A stretch of DNA of 64,000 bases from Mustelus asterias. Taxonomy: Eukaryota. Positions within the stretch are counted from its first letter, which is position 1. Every line of letters begins with the position of its first letter. The notes beneath the pieces are model-generated. The model saw nothing but the letters and a program-made list of their open reading frames with translations, searched no databases and was not told the DNA's origin. The position numbers were made by a program, and so were the translations under genes. Positions 38,010 to 51,794 of this stretch are shown here, piece by piece. The DNA is taken from the NCBI RefSeq assembly GCF_964213995.1, contig NC_135822.1, positions 51,522,001-51,586,000 of the forward strand. Reading direction: 5' to 3'.

Positions 38010-41000
38010 CCCAGGGGGACCAATATCCTGGCGGGAATGTTGGCTAAGGCTACTGGGAAGAGTTTAAACTAAATAGGTTGGGGAGAGGGGATCGAGACGA
38101 GGAGACTGGGAGCGACGAAGTTAGCTCACAAACAATGAACGGTTATAGATAGTGCAAGAGGGAGGATGGCCGGGCGATAGAGAAGGGGAGAGTTCAGACC
38201 AAAGGATTCAGATGTGTTTACTTTAATGCCAGGAGTATAGTGAAAAAGGGGATGAGCTCAGAGTTTGGATCGATGCCTGGAAGTGTGATGTGGTGGCCAT
38301 TACGGAGACTTGGATGTCTCAGGGTCAGGGCTGGATACTCCAGAAGCCGGGAATCAGATGCTTCAGGAAGGACGGGGAGGGAGGCAAGAGAGGGGGTGGA
38401 GTGGCACTGTTGAACAGGGATAGCGTCACAGCTGTCGAGAAGGTGTATGCTGTGGAGGGATTGGCTACAGAGTCTCTGTGGGTGGAAGTTCGGAGCGGGA
38501 AGGGGTCGATCACTTCGCTGGGAGTTTTCTATAGGCCGCCCAAAAATAACAGGGAGGTGGAGGAGCAGATCGGGAAACAGATACTGGAGGGTTGCAATAA
38601 TAGCAGAGTTGCTGTGATGGGAGACTTTAATTTCCCAAACACAGATTGGAATATCCCTCAGCTAAGGGGATTGGATGGGGCGGAGTTCGTTAGATGTGTT
38701 CAGGAGGGTTTCCTGACACAGCATGCGGACAAGCCTGCAAGACGAGAGACTGTACTTGATCTGATACTGACCAATGAACCTGGATATGTGTCAGATCTCT
38801 CAGTGGGCGAGCATCTTGGGGAGACCGATCATAAGTCTATCTCCTTTATGCTTGCATTGGAAAAAGAGAGGATCAGGTAAGCTAGGAAAGCGTTTATGTG
38901 GAGTAAGGGGAAATATGAAGACATAAGCCAGTAAATTAGAGGAGTAAATTGGAAGGAGGTATTCTCGGGGAAATATACTGAAGAGAGGTGGAAGTTTTTC
39001 AAGGAATGTCTGTCTAGAGTTCTACAGGACAACGTTCCGAGGAGACAGGGAGGTGTTGGTAGGTTAAAGGAACCCTTGTTGCATGAAAGCCGTGCGGGAC
39101 CTTGTCGCAAAGAAAAGGAAAGCGTTCAAAAGGTTCCGAGAGCTTGGCGAAGATAGGGATCTAGATGAATATACGGATTGTAGGAAGGGACGAAAGAAGG
39201 AAATTAGGAGAGCCAGAATGGGTTACGAGAAGGCCTTGGCAGGTAGGATTAAGGAGGACGCTAAGGCATTCTATAAATATGTGGAAAGTAAAAGGATGAG
39301 ACTTGAAGGAATAGGGCCTAAAAAAATTGAAGGATCGAAAGGTTGTACAGAACCAGTAGAAACGGCAGAGGTGCTTAATGGGTATTTTGCTTCGGTTTTC
39401 ACAGGTAAAGTACCTGGGTGGATGTATTGTGGGCTTGCGGTGGATGGAAACGATTAAGTATGTGGACTTTAAGAAAGAGGTTGCGCTGGAATCTTTGAAT
39501 GGAATCAAGATAGATACGTCGCCGGGTCCAAATGGGATGTACCCCAGGTTACTGTGGGAGGCGAGGGAAGAGATTGCAGAGCCTCGGGTGATGATCTTTG
39601 CGTCGTCGATGGAGATGGTAGAGGTGCCGGAGGATTGGAGGATTGCGGGTGTGGTTCCTATTTTCAAGAAGTGGAATAGGGATAGCCCAGGAAATTACCG
39701 ACCGGTGAGTCTAACCTCAGTGGTTGGGAAGTTGATGGAGAAGAACCTGAGGGACAGGATTTATGAGCATTTAGAGAGGTTTAGTATGCTCAACAATACT
39801 CAGCACGGCTTTGTCAAAGGCAGATCGTGCCTTATAAGCCTGGTGGAGTTCTTCGAAAATGAGATGAAACACATTGACGAAGGGAAAGTGGTAGATGTGG
39901 TTTATATGCATTTTGGTAAGGCGTTCGATCAGGTCCCCCATGCAAGGCTTCTAGAGAAAGTGAGAGGGCATGGGATCCAAGGGGCTGCTGCCCTGTAGAT
40001 CCAGAACTGGCTTGCCCAAAGGAAGAAGTTTAACAACACCAGGTTAAAGTCCAACAGGTTTATTTGGTAGCAAAAGCCACACCAAAGGAGATTCCAAAGG
40101 ATTCCAAAAGATTCCAAAGGAGGCAGAGAGTGTGTATAGATGGACCTTTTTCTAAATGGATGTCGGTCACCAGTGGTGTGACCCAGGGATCTGTCCTGGG
40201 ACCCTTGCTCTTTGTCATTTTCATAAATGACCTGGATGAGGAAGTGGAGCGATGGGTTGGTAAGTTTGCCGACGACACGAAGGATGGTGGGATTGTGGAT
40301 AGTCTGGAGGGATGTCAGAAGTTACAGAGGGACACAGATAGGATGCAAGCCTAGGCGGAGAAGCGTCAGATGGACTTCAACCCAGGTAAATGCGTATGTG
40401 GTCCATTTTGGCAGGTCAAATGGGATGAAGGAGTACGATATTCGGGGAAAGACTCTTAGTACTGTCGCAGGTCAGAAGGACCTTGAGGTCCGGGTCCATT
40501 GGACTCTAAAATCGGCCCCGCAGGTGGAGGAGGTGGTTAAGAAGGCGTATGGTGTGCTGGCCTTTATCAATCGAGGGATTGAGTTTAGGAGTCCGGAGAT
40601 AACGATGCAGCTATATAAGACCCCCGTAAGACCCCACTTGGAGTCCTGTGCTCAGCTCTGGTCGCCTCATTACAGGAAGGATGTGGAAATAATTGAAAGG
40701 GTGCAGAGGAGATTTGCAAGGACGTTGCCTGGATTGAGTGGCACGACTTATGAGCATAGACTGAGGGAGCTCGATCTTTTCTCCTTGGAGAGACGTAGGA
40801 TGAGAGGAGACCAAATAGAGGTATATCAGATGTTGAGAGGCATAGATCGGGTGGACTCTCAGAGGCTTTTCCTAGGGTGGGAATGTCTGTTACGAGAGGA
40901 CACAGGTTTAAGGTGCTGGGGGGGTAGGTACAGAGGAAATGCGAGGGGGAAGTTTTTCACACAGAGGGTGGTGGGCGAGTGTAATTGGCTGCCGTCAGTG

Positions 41001-41165
41001 GTGGTGGAGGCAAATTCAATAGGGACTTTTAAGAGACTCCTGGTTGAGTACATGGGACTGAATAGGATGGAGGGTTACAGGTCGGCCTAAAAGGTAGGGA
41101 TATGTTTGGCACAACTTGTGGGGCCGAAGGGCCTGTTTGTGCTGTAGTTTTTCTATGTTTCTATG
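38010..41165 (+). mobile_element. CR1 with near-complete disrupted ORF2
   Basis: VAITETW, MGDFNFP, NYRPVSLTS, GKFADDTK, RPHLES; (tttctatg)n tail. Absent from the paralogous intron at 49119-49200. Confidence 0.95.
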
Positions 41166-41614
41166 AATTGAAGAGTTATGTCAACATATATTTGGTTATT
41201 TATCTTCCTTTCTGATTCACTCCAAAATGGACGCCTGAAGGATCTGGCGCAGATGAAGCTTTGGCCAGTTCCCATGGTGCCAGGATGTTTTAGTCCTGCT
41301 CCGACTGCAAAACAGAAAGTAACTAAACTGCAAATAGAGGAGAAATTTCATTAATGTAAATGAGTGGATTGATTTCCAGTGTGCAGGTAGACGAGAAATA
41401 TATTTCCCATATGTGCGTGACAGAATATACCCGTATGAGAGTGAGAGAGGTGGAAAGAGTGCATTGAGGAGATAGAGGAGGGATACAATAAATAGTTTCG
41501 AGACAGAGATGACATCACATCTTGAAAAACAATGGTCTTGTGGTTCGTCAGTTACATAAAGAAAGGGACAGAATGTGCTGTACATGAAGCAAAGTAATCA
41601 TTAACTTAGTGAGT

Positions 41615-42302
41615 GAATCATAGAATCAGAGAATCCATGCAGTGCAGAATGAGGTAACTTGGCCCATTGAGTCTGCGCTGACCACAATCCCACCCAGGCT
41701 ATAGTCCCACAGCGTCACATATTTACGCTACTTATCCCTCTGTCACTCGGGTCAATTTAAGGTGGCCAATCAACCTAACCCGCACATCTTTGGACTGTGG
41801 GAGGAATCCGGAGCACGCGGAGGAAACGTACACAGACACGGGGAGAACGTGCAAACTCCACACAGACAGTGCCCTGAGGCCAGAATTGAACTCAGGTCCC
41901 TGGCGCTGTGAGGCAGCAGTGCCACAGTCCAAAGATATGCAGGTTAGGTGCATCGGCCATGTTAAATTCTCCCTCAGTGCCCCTGAACGTGTAATGCCCT
42001 GCCTACTGCAGTAGTGAACTCGCCAACATTAAGGGCATTTAAATGGTCATTAGATAAACATATGGATGATATTGGAATAGTGTAGGTTAGATGGGCTTTA
42101 GTTTGGTTTCACTGGTCGGCGCAACATCGAGGGCTGAAGGGCCTGTACTGCGCTGTAATGTTCTATGTTCTATGAACAGATGCCGGAGTGTGGTGACAAC
42201 GGGATTTTCACAGTAACTTCATTCTACTGCGAATGTAAGACTACTTGAGACTCATGAATAAACTTTCAGCTTTACATAATCACTGTGCCACCGCGCCGCC
42301 CC
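41615..42302. mobile_element. three-level nest: minus HE1 SINE > plus V-SINE fragment > plus CR1 3' tail
   Basis: SINE split at gcagtg...aatcactgtgccacc; CR1 piece about 41989-42174 flanked by tgaac on both sides. Confidence 0.75.
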
Positions 42303-42561
42303 TCAAAGAGAGAGAGAGAGAGAGAAAGAGAAAGAGACAAAAAGAAAGTTAGAGAGAGAGCATCTCAATTTTCATAGGGAACTATATTGGGTGAGGCACA
42401 CAGAGAACGAAACGTGTACACATGGAATATCTAATGCAACTTTTAAATGACAGACAGGTCCGTCTAGAGGCAGGAAAATATAAAAGGAGAGAGAGTGAGA
42501 AAGAAATGATGGGAGGAGCCCAGTAAACAAGTAGAGAAGAAATGCAATTAATACAATTACA

Positions 42562-45500
42562 TCATTTATTTTCAGAATAACTTGTTTGGTTATCACTGGC
42601 CCGGAATGCGTGACAGACATGCTGTGCGATGTTCCATACTGTGGCCGCGTCACACTGCTGCAGGTCGAGTCCTGAGGGACTGTCATACTACAAGCAGGTG
42701 AGCGGTCAGAGAAAACTGCACTGTCGATTGCCAGTAGTGAGAGTGCACCAAACATTTGAATTGTCAGGACTGAAGATGCACAAAAATAGAAAAGTGTTGG
42801 TACTGGGCGAATGCTTCAATTTCAGAGGGTCAGTTTTGAGGAAGCATTTCAACGATCGAAAATCAGCACAGAAGGAATGCCACAATGCTTGAAGTTCAGT
42901 CCTGAGGATCCGCCGTGTTAACGGCAGGGTCAGTGCTGATGGATTGTTTACAATATGATGAAATAATCTGTCGGCCAATTATTCACATCATTGTCGGATT
43001 CTTTGTGAGAAAAATAGATTGCAGATCGCATTAGTAACTTTCATGTTTAATTGTCCGGAGTCACACGGTCACATATAGTTGTTGAAAGTTTTCGTGGGAT
43101 AATTTCGGAATGGATAGATACAGGTGGATGTTTATGTGTTACATTTGCAGACTGAAGGTTCTGTGTGCAAATGGTTGAATTTTTCAATTGTGGTCAGCTG
43201 TGGAAGATGCAAAGAATACTGCAGCACGCTTGTGGCTATGTATTAGCTCCAACTGATCTCATGTCACAAGCAGCTCTCTGTTCTCTTGCACCAGTTTGAA
43301 CATGTTCCTGAATCTGCGGTCTCTCAGAGATTTTATCATATCTTGTGTGAGAAGCGACCGCTGTGAAACAAAGTAAATTCAAAAACTAGTTATCATGTGC
43401 CTCTGTCACATGATGTACAATGGAAATCTGTTCAGATCCGATTCAGTTTCCATGTAGCAACCTCACTATTGACAATGTGTCAATAGTGCTGGCGGTGTGG
43501 GACGAAGGGCTTGAGTCTATCCTGCTCCCAGGGGGTAGCTCGCCAGCCGGTCATTTAACCCAATTCGATATCGCAAGTGAAGTTAGCTAAATACACCCTC
43601 TACATTTAAACAGTGTTGTATGCTGATGGAAATGTAGACTTGATTTAAGGCAACAATGAGCAGTTTAATTACATGGAGCCAAATTATCGCTTTAAACTGA
43701 TTAATTAATCATGTATAATACCAGCAGGCAGAGACTCAGGCACTGAAGTACTGAATAATGGTGACATGAATTGAAAAGTATCAAGAACATAAATGCACCT
43801 GCAAAACAATCAAAGTCTGACCAACCAACGTTCTCAATTATTAGAAACTTGTCAAAGAATCAATAAGAGGTAATTCACGAAAAGTATGCTTATTAAAGAT
43901 GTCCCATTAAATTCAGACTCTATGTTTGTCAGCATTGAGATCAATCAGTGGCAGGAGAGTGCTGCAAATTATTCGAATTGGTGAGCACTTATCAGTTATT
44001 CATCATCGTGTTGTCTGTCCCATTCACACATTGATAAGGCCAAGCCAAGGCAGGTAAGGAACAGAATTTGTTTTTTTCTCTCGAGCCAAGAATCTCGTGG
44101 GACGCATGCCATCGTGCCCAAATATCGAAGGTTCCGTAATTGTCATGTTTGTCCTGTTGAAAAGCCTGGACATGATGGCGTGACACTGAATAGACATCCT
44201 ACTCTAGTGAGCAGTCGGTGGAGGGATCCCCTGTGGTTGCCCTCTAAAATAGGTATCTTGTTTGGATTCTGTGGAGGAGGATGACCCTCCAGGGGTAAGC
44301 CACGAGGACCAGATTGCCTGCACAGAGACAGGCTCAGAGGCACAGAAGAGAGAGAAGGGGAATAGGAGAGAAATAGTGTTTGGGGACGCGATGGTTAGAG
44401 GCACGGACAGGCGGTCCTGCAGGCGCGAACGAGACTCCAGGATAATAGTCTGCCTCCCTGGTGTCGGGGTACTGGATGTCTCCGAGAGGGTAGGAAGCAT
44501 ATTAAAAGGGAAGGTAATCAAACATTGGTGAAAATGACGTAGTTGGAAAGAGCAGGGGGGTCATATGAGAGAAATTCAGGGAGATGGGTGCTAGGCTAAA
44601 AAATAAGGCCTCTCGGGTAGCAATCTCTGGAGTGCTCCCGGTGCCTAGTGCTAGTGAGGCCAGGAACAGGGAGATTCTACAATTGAACACGTGGCTAAAG
44701 GACTGGTGCAAGAAGGAGGGTTTCAAATTCATAGATCACTGGGAATTCTTCAAGAGAGGATGGCACCTGTACAGAAAGGATGGGTTACACCTTAACTGGA
44801 AAGGGCACAAATATCCTGGATGGGAGTTTTGCTGGAGTGTTTCGGCAGGGTTTAAAGTCGGGTGGCAGGAGGGTAGGGATCAAAACAGTAGGTTAGTAAG
44901 TATTGAGGCTGGGGACGAGCTGGGGGCCAGGACAAGGCTAGATAAGAAGAAGAGCATTCTGGAGCAGGATGACCTGAGGGGGCCTGGAGGTCTGGAGTGC
45001 ATCTGCTTCAATGCGAGGAGCGTAATGGGTAAGAAGACAAACTTAGGGCCTTAATGCTTACGCGGAATTTGGATGTAGTTGCGGTGACGGAGACATGGTT
45101 AAAAGAAGGACAGGACTGGCAGCTGAATATTCCGGGGTATAAGTGTTTTAGGCGAGACAGAGGAGGAGCTAAAAAAGGTGGGGGAGCAGCGACATTAATT
45201 CGGGAGCGTAGTCCAGCGGTGCAGAGGGTGGACAATTTAGAGGGGTCATGTAATGAGTCGCTGTGGGTGGAGCTCAGAAACAGGAAAGGTGCAATCGCTA
45301 TGCTGGGGATATACGTCAGGCCACCCAACAGCCCACGGGAAGTGGATGAACGGATATGTCAGGAGATTCTGGATATGTGCAGAAAAAATAGGGCTGTTGT
45401 AGTGGGAGACTTCAATTTCCCTGGTACAGACTGGAAAGTGCTTATGGCTGGGGGTCTGGACGGGGAGGAATGTGTAAAATGCATACTGGAAGGTTCTTTC

Positions 45501-48500
45501 GAACAGTATGCAGATATCCCAAATAGAGAGGGGGCGATACTGGATCTCGTTCTGGGAAATGAGCCCGGTCAGGTCGTCAAAGTTTTGGTCGGGGAACATG
45601 TGGCAAATAGTGACCACAACTCTGTTAACTTTAGGATAGTAATGGACAAGGACGAGTGTAGTCCTAATGGTAGGGTGCTAAATTGGGGGAAGGCTAACTT
45701 TAGCCGGATTAGGCAGAAATTAGTGGCCGTTGATTGGGAGAGGAAGTTTCGGGGGTAAGTCCCCGTCTGGCATGTGGGAGTCTTTTAAGGAACAGTTGAT
45801 AAGGCTGCAGGACAGGCATGTGCCTGTAAAAAGGAAGGACAGGAAAGGTAGGGTTCGAGAGCTGTGGCTAACCAGGGAAATTGAAGATTTGATCAAAAAG
45901 AAAAGAGAGGCGTACGTTAGGTCCAGGCAACTGAAGACAGATGCAGCTCTGGAGGAATACAGAGAGAGTAGGAAAGAACTCAAACGGGGATTTAGAAGGG
46001 CAAAAAGAGGTCACGAAATGTCCTTGGCAGACAGGATTAAGGAGAATCCTAAGGCATTTTATTCATATGTTAGGAACAAAAGCGTTGTCAGGGAAAAAAG
46101 TCGGACCTGTCAGGGACAAAGGAGGGGAATTATGCTTAGAAACCAAGGGAATAAGGGAGATCCTAAATGAATACTTTGCATCGGTATTCACAAAGGCGAG
46201 GGACTTGTTGACTGGGAGTGTCTCAGAGGGAGGTGTTGACCCGTTGGAGAGAATCTCCATTACAAGGGAGAAAGTGTTAGTTTTTTTTAGGTAACATTAA
46301 AACTGACAAATCCCCAGGGCCTGATGGCATCATTCCTAGACTGCTCAGGGAGACAAGCGATGTAATTGCTGGGCCTCTGACGGAAATTTTTGTCTCTTCA
46401 TTGGACACAGGTGAGGTCCCTTAGGATTGGAGGATAGCGAATGTGGTACCGTTATTTAAGAAGGGTAGCAGGGATAATCCTGGAATTTATAGGTCAGTGA
46501 GCTTGACCTCCGTGGTGGGGAAGTTGTTGGAGAGGATTCTTAGAGACAGGATGTATGCACATTTAGAACGGAACAATCTCATTAGTGACAGACAGCATGG
46601 TTTTGTAAGGGGGAGGTCGTGCCTTACAAATTTAGTGGAGTTTTTTGAGGAAGTGACAAAAACGGTTGACGAAGGAAGGGCTGTGGATGTCGTCTATATG
46701 GATTTCAGTAAGGCATTTGATGAAGTCCCTCATGGCAGGTTGGTTAAGAAGGTTAAGGCTCATGGGATACAAGGAGAGGTGGCTAGATTGATAGAGAACT
46801 GGCTTGGCCACAGGAGACAGAGGGTAGCAGTCGAAGGGTCTTTTTCCAGCTGGAGGTCTGTGACCAGTCGTGTTCCGCAGGGCACTGTACTGGGACCTCT
46901 GCTATTTGTGATATATATTGATGATTTGGAAGAAGGTGAAACTTGTGTTATCAGCAAGTTTACGGATGACACGAAGATGGCTGGACTTGCGGATAGCAAT
47001 TAACATTGTCAGACAATACAGCAGAATATAGATAGGCTGGAAAATTCGGCGCAGAAATTGCAGAATTTAATCCAGATGAATGCAAAGTGTTGCATTTTGG
47101 AAGAACTAATGTAGGGGGAGTTGTACAATAAATGGCAGAGCCATCAAGAGTATAGAAACACAGAGGGACCTAGATGTGCAAGTCCACAAATCCTTGAAGG
47201 TGGCAGCACAGGTGCATAAGGTGGTGAAGAAGGCATATGGTATGCTCGCCTTTACAGGACGGGGTATAGAGTATGAAAGCTGGAGTCTGATGTTGCAGCT
47301 GTATAGAACTCTGGTTAGGCAACATTTGGAGTACTGCGTCCAATTCTGGTCACCACACTACCAGAAGGACATGGAGGCTTTAGAGAGAGTGCAGAAAAGG
47401 TTTACCAGGATGTTGCCTGGTATTAGCGATGAGGAGAGATTGGGTAAACTGGGCTTGTTCTCCCTGGAAAGACGGAGAATGAGGGGAGACCTAATAGAGG
47501 TGTACAAAATTATGAAGGGTATTGATCGGGTGAACAATGGGAAACTTTTTTCGAGGTCAGAGGTGACGATCACGAGGGGTCACGGGCTCAAGCTGGGAGG
47601 GGCGAGGTATGACTCAGATATCAGAGGGACGTTTTTTGCACAGAGAGTGGTGGGGGTCTGGAATGCGCTGCCAAGTAGGGTGGTGGAAGCAGATACGCTG
47701 GCATTGTTTAAGAGTTACTTGGATAGTCACATGAACAGTCTGGGAATGGAGGGATACAAACGAATTGTCTAGCTGGACCAATGAGAGGCAGAGGCTTGGA
47801 GGGCCGAAGGGCCTGTTTCCTGTGCTGTACTGTTCTTTGTTCTTTGTTCGTCGTTTTGTTAATCGATGAAGAGACGAAGATGAGGACAGGTCACATCTCA
47901 AATTTGTGTTTTGACCAAGATTGTGTAAAAGATAACACGCCGTCCTCCATATCACCACATCCATTAATAAAAATGGTACAATCGATAAGCATGGAGATTG
48001 AAGAATGTTTTTGGGGACCAGCATTTGGAGGATACCAGTGTACTGGGGATGAGATGCAAAATCAAAATTTATTAACCTCGGGACTGCGAATTCAAACAGG
48101 TCTTTTAGAATGCAAACTTGCTGGCCACTCCACATACAGAAACCCTGGACCTGTACATTTGCTGATCGATGGCGAATTTAGCAACATTTTGCAGCAAATT
48201 GCCCCTCCCTCATTACACTTCCATCTTCCGACAAGTCAACATTTCCTCAACAACACATTCCAAATAGGCATAGTCTACCACACACAAGGAGAAGGGAATG
48301 TGACATAAGGCAATGCAATACCTGCAGTTGCCAATCAAAGACAGGCCCAGGCTTGGAATATAACCGGGTTTTCTTTGATTACCACTTAGTTAATATTATT
48401 GAATACCTCCCCAAGGGACCTTCGGACCCCACTGCCCTTACCTACTCTCCTCAAAGCACTGTCCCACCTTGACACCCATGGCAGATACCGGACCAGACAA

Positions 48501-49288
48501 AGCACAAGTAGACAAAGAGTAAGTCACTCATTGTGTTCCCCTCACCTAAGAACTCCCAATGTATGTATAACAAGGTAAATTTCGCTTCCTACCGTCCCTA
48601 TTTTTAAAAAATGGAGCCTCGATTCAAATTAATTTTCCTACTTCACTGTGGCCATAAAATTACAAACATCAATGTATGCATCAATCTTGCGTTGGTAGCT
48701 TTACTGACAGACTGCGAATTAGGAACATGTACGGATCAAATAAAACCTCCGGCAAACAGCTGCCATTAAAAGTTTACCTCGCAATAAGCAAAGGACTTTC
48801 TCGATATACCTTCTAAACCAGCATACTCTAACAGACACAAGGACAGGGAAGGGGGAACATCCGAACTTCAACACCTCCACGTGCCCCATAAAGACACACA
48901 CCAGCCTACTTGGAATATAATCAGCCGTTCCTGCATAATCACCGGATCTACTGTTTGGATCAAATCCCAAACACCGCACCTCCCCCGACATATCATTGTG
49001 ATAACAGTGAATTGTTCGCCTTTTTGTTCATTACATCATTTGACCTTCTGTTGCCGGGACAATTATCACATCTTCAGATCTAGACACGATAATGAACGGA
49101 ACACAGACTTGTGTATCTCTATGGTATATGATGAAGAAAAAAAATGACGAATTAACGAATTACGTGCACAAATATGTGATTATTCTTCTTCCTTTCTGAC
49201 CAACTCCAAAATGGAAGCCTGAAGGATTTGGTGTAGATAAAGCTTTGGCTAGTGCCCATGGTGCCAGGTTGTTTCAGGCCTGCTCCTA
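42562..49288 (-). pseudogene. unidentified multi-exon gene, copy X2
   Basis: AG/GT-bounded blocks 49201-49288 (88 nt), 49045-49118 (74), 48546-48597 (52), 48077-48150 (74), 43292-43360 (69, RSLLTQDMIKSLRDRRFRNMFKL) and terminal block 42562-42687 (YDSPSGLDLQQCDAATVWNIAQHVCHAFRASDNQTSYSENK*). Sizes match the sister copies; stops present. Confidence 0.5.
44200..47850 (+). mobile_element. near-full-length CR1 (ORF1 SGNH esterase plus ORF2), frameshifted
   Basis: IVFGDAMVRGTD..VCLPG and KDGLHLN (ORF1); VVAVTETW, VVGDFNFP, SDHNS, KFTDDTK; (tgttctt)n tail; empty site visible at about 53520. Confidence 0.95.
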
Positions 49289-49604
49289 CTGCAAAACAGA
49301 AAATAACCAGTGTGCAAATAGAGGAGAAAGTTCATTAATGTAACTGAGTGGATTGATTTCCAGTGTGCAGGTAAAAGTGAAATATATTTCATGTATGTAT
49401 TTGAGAGAATGTGTGCGTGCGAGAGTGAGAGAGGTCGAAAGAAAGAACATTGAGCAGATAGAGGAGAGATGCAATAAATAATTTCGAGAGGAAAATGGCA
49501 TCCCATCTTGAAAAAAGAGTCAGGTGACTCGTCAGTTATATACAGAAAGAAACAGGATATGCTTATATGAAGCAAAGTAATGATTAAATTAGTGAGTGGA
49601 TATT

Positions 49605-50080
49605 AGAATCATAGAATCCTTGCAGTACAGAAGGAGGCCACTGGGCGTATGGACAGTGCGCTGACTGCAATCCCACCGAGGCCATACTCCCAAAACCCCT
49701 GCTAATCCCTCTGTCACTAGGATCAATTTAACATGGCCAATTAACCTAACCTGCACATCTTTGGACTGTGCGAGTAAACAGCAGCACCTGGAGGAAACCT
49801 ACACAGACACAGGGAGAATGTACAAACTCCACACAGATAGTGACCTGAGGCAAGAATTTAACCCAGGCCCCTGGTGATGTGAGGCAGCAGTGCCACTTTG
49901 CAAAGATGTGCAGGTTAGCTGCATTGGCCATGTTAAATTCTCCCTCAGTGTATCAGAAAAGGCGCCGAACTGTGGCGACTAGAGGATTTTCACAATAACT
50001 TCATTAAAATGTGAATGTAAAACTACTTGTGATTAACAAATAACCTTTTCAATTTAACGAATCACTGTGCCACGGTACCG
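49605..50080. mobile_element. nested SINE pair (minus HE1 containing a plus V-SINE fragment)
   Basis: Same arrangement as 41615-42302 but without the CR1 piece. Confidence 0.75.
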
Positions 50081-50204
50081 ATCCCAAAAAGAGCTAGACA
50101 CGAAGAAAAAGATAGAGAGAGAGCAATCTCAATTTTTGCAGAGAACTATATCGAGTGAAGCAGAGAGAGAAAGAAATGTGCTCACATGGAATTTGGATAC
50201 AGAA

Positions 50205-51285
50205 CTGCTCGGTCATAGGAGACAGAGGGGAGCAGTAGAAAGTAGTGCGTTTCTGAATGGAGGGCTGTGACAAGTGGCGTTGCTCAGGGATAAGTGCTGG
50301 GACCTTTGCTGTTTGAAATATATGTATATAAAAGATTTGGAGGAAAATGTAACTAGTTTGATTAGTAAGTTTGTGGACGGCACAGAAATTGGTGGATTTA
50401 CGGATAGCAATGAGGCCCATCAGAGGATACAGCAGGACATAGATCGGTTGCAGGCTTGGGCGGAGAGATGGCAGATGGAGTTTATTCCGGACAAATGTAA
50501 GGTAATGCATTATGGAAGGTCTAATACTGACAGGAAATATACAGTAAATGATAGAACCCTTAAGATTATTGTTAGGCAGAGGGATCAGGGTGTACAGGTA
50601 TACAGGTCACTAAAATGCAGGTGGAGAAGGTAGTCAAGAATGCATTGGCATGCATGCCTTTGTCGGCCATGGCACTGATTTCAATAATTGGCAAGTCACG
50701 TTGCAGCTTTATAAAACCTTAGTTAGGTCCTTCTTGGAATATAGTGTTCAATTCTGGTCGCCACACGACCAGAAAGATGCGGAGGCTTTGGAGAGGGGAC
50801 ATAAAATATTTACCAAGATGTTGCCTGATATGGAGGGCATTAGCTATGAGGAAAGGTTGGAGAAACTTGGTTTGTTCTCACTGGAACGACGGAGGGTGAG
50901 GGGCGACCTGATAGAATTCTACAAGATTATGAGAGGCATGGACATGGTGGTTCGTCAGAAGCTTTTTCCCGAGGTAGAAGAGTCAATTACGAGGTGGATA
51001 AGGTGCGAGGAGCATGGTTTAAAGGAGATGTAGGAGGCACGTTTTTTACACAGAGGGTGGTGGGTGCCTGGAACTCGCTGCTGGGGGAAGTCGAGGAAGC
51101 AGATACGATAGTGAGTTCTAAGGGGCGTCGTCGCAAGTACATGAATAGGATGGGAATAGAGGGATATTGTCCCCGGAAGGTAGGGTGTTTTTAGTTCATT
51201 TTGGCAGCATTGTGGCTGCAGGCTTTGAGGGCCAAAGGGCCTGGTCGTGTGCTGTAATTTTCTTTCTTCTTTTCTTTTGATTTTT
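50205..51285 (+). mobile_element. CR1 3' fragment
   Basis: LISKFVDGTEIGG; LEYSVQFWSPH; FFTQRVVGAWN. Confidence 0.92.
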
Positions 51286-51794
51286 TTTATCGAATGTAAT
51301 TTTTTAATGACATACAGGTGCAGCAAGAGGCAGAAATATATAAAAGGAGAGAGAGAGAGCGAGAGAGAAAGAGATGGGGGGAGCAGCCCATTGAGCAAGT
51401 AGAGATGAAATGCAATTAATAAAATTTCATCATTTCTTTTCAGAATATTTTTGTCCGGTTATCATTGGCCCGGATTGCGGGACCGACATGCTGCAGTATG
51501 GTGTGTACTGTGTTAGGGTCATACTGCTGCAGGTTGAGTCCTGAAGGACTGCCATACTGCAAGCGGATGGGTGTTCAGAGAAAACTGCAATATCAATGTT
51601 CAGTAGTGAGAGTGCGCCAAACATTTGAAGGGGAGTGTGGATGGACGATTATTATTTCGAATTGTCAGTTGTGAAGGCGCACAAAAATATCCAAGTGTGG
51701 ACTGTGTGAAGGCTTCAATTTCAGAGGGTCAGTGCTGAGGAAGTACCTCAGTGCTCGAAAATCAATACTAAAGGAATATCACGGGGAATATCAT

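Larger units (their letters stand above)
31610..41304 (-). pseudogene. unidentified multi-exon gene, copy X1 (most decayed)
   Basis: Exon-like blocks 41217-41304, 37897-37970, about 32188-32250 and about 31610-31740 are homologous to copies X2/X3; donor and acceptor mutations plus stops; introns filled by CR1. Confidence 0.4.

Noticed and set aside
42576-42697. Plus-strand exon with good AG/GT sites
   Set aside because: The donor is lost in both paralogous copies and no plus frame is open in all of them; the minus frame shows the synonymous pattern.
43933-43980. Plus-strand mini-exon IEINQWQESAANYSNW resembling a C-type lectin exon end
   Set aside because: The frame is broken in both sister copies and no other lectin exons were found; the consistent exon chain is on the minus strand.
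47781-48308. 175-aa ORF
   Set aside because: Starts in a CR1 tail and its frame is not preserved in the paralogous unit at 53530-54000.
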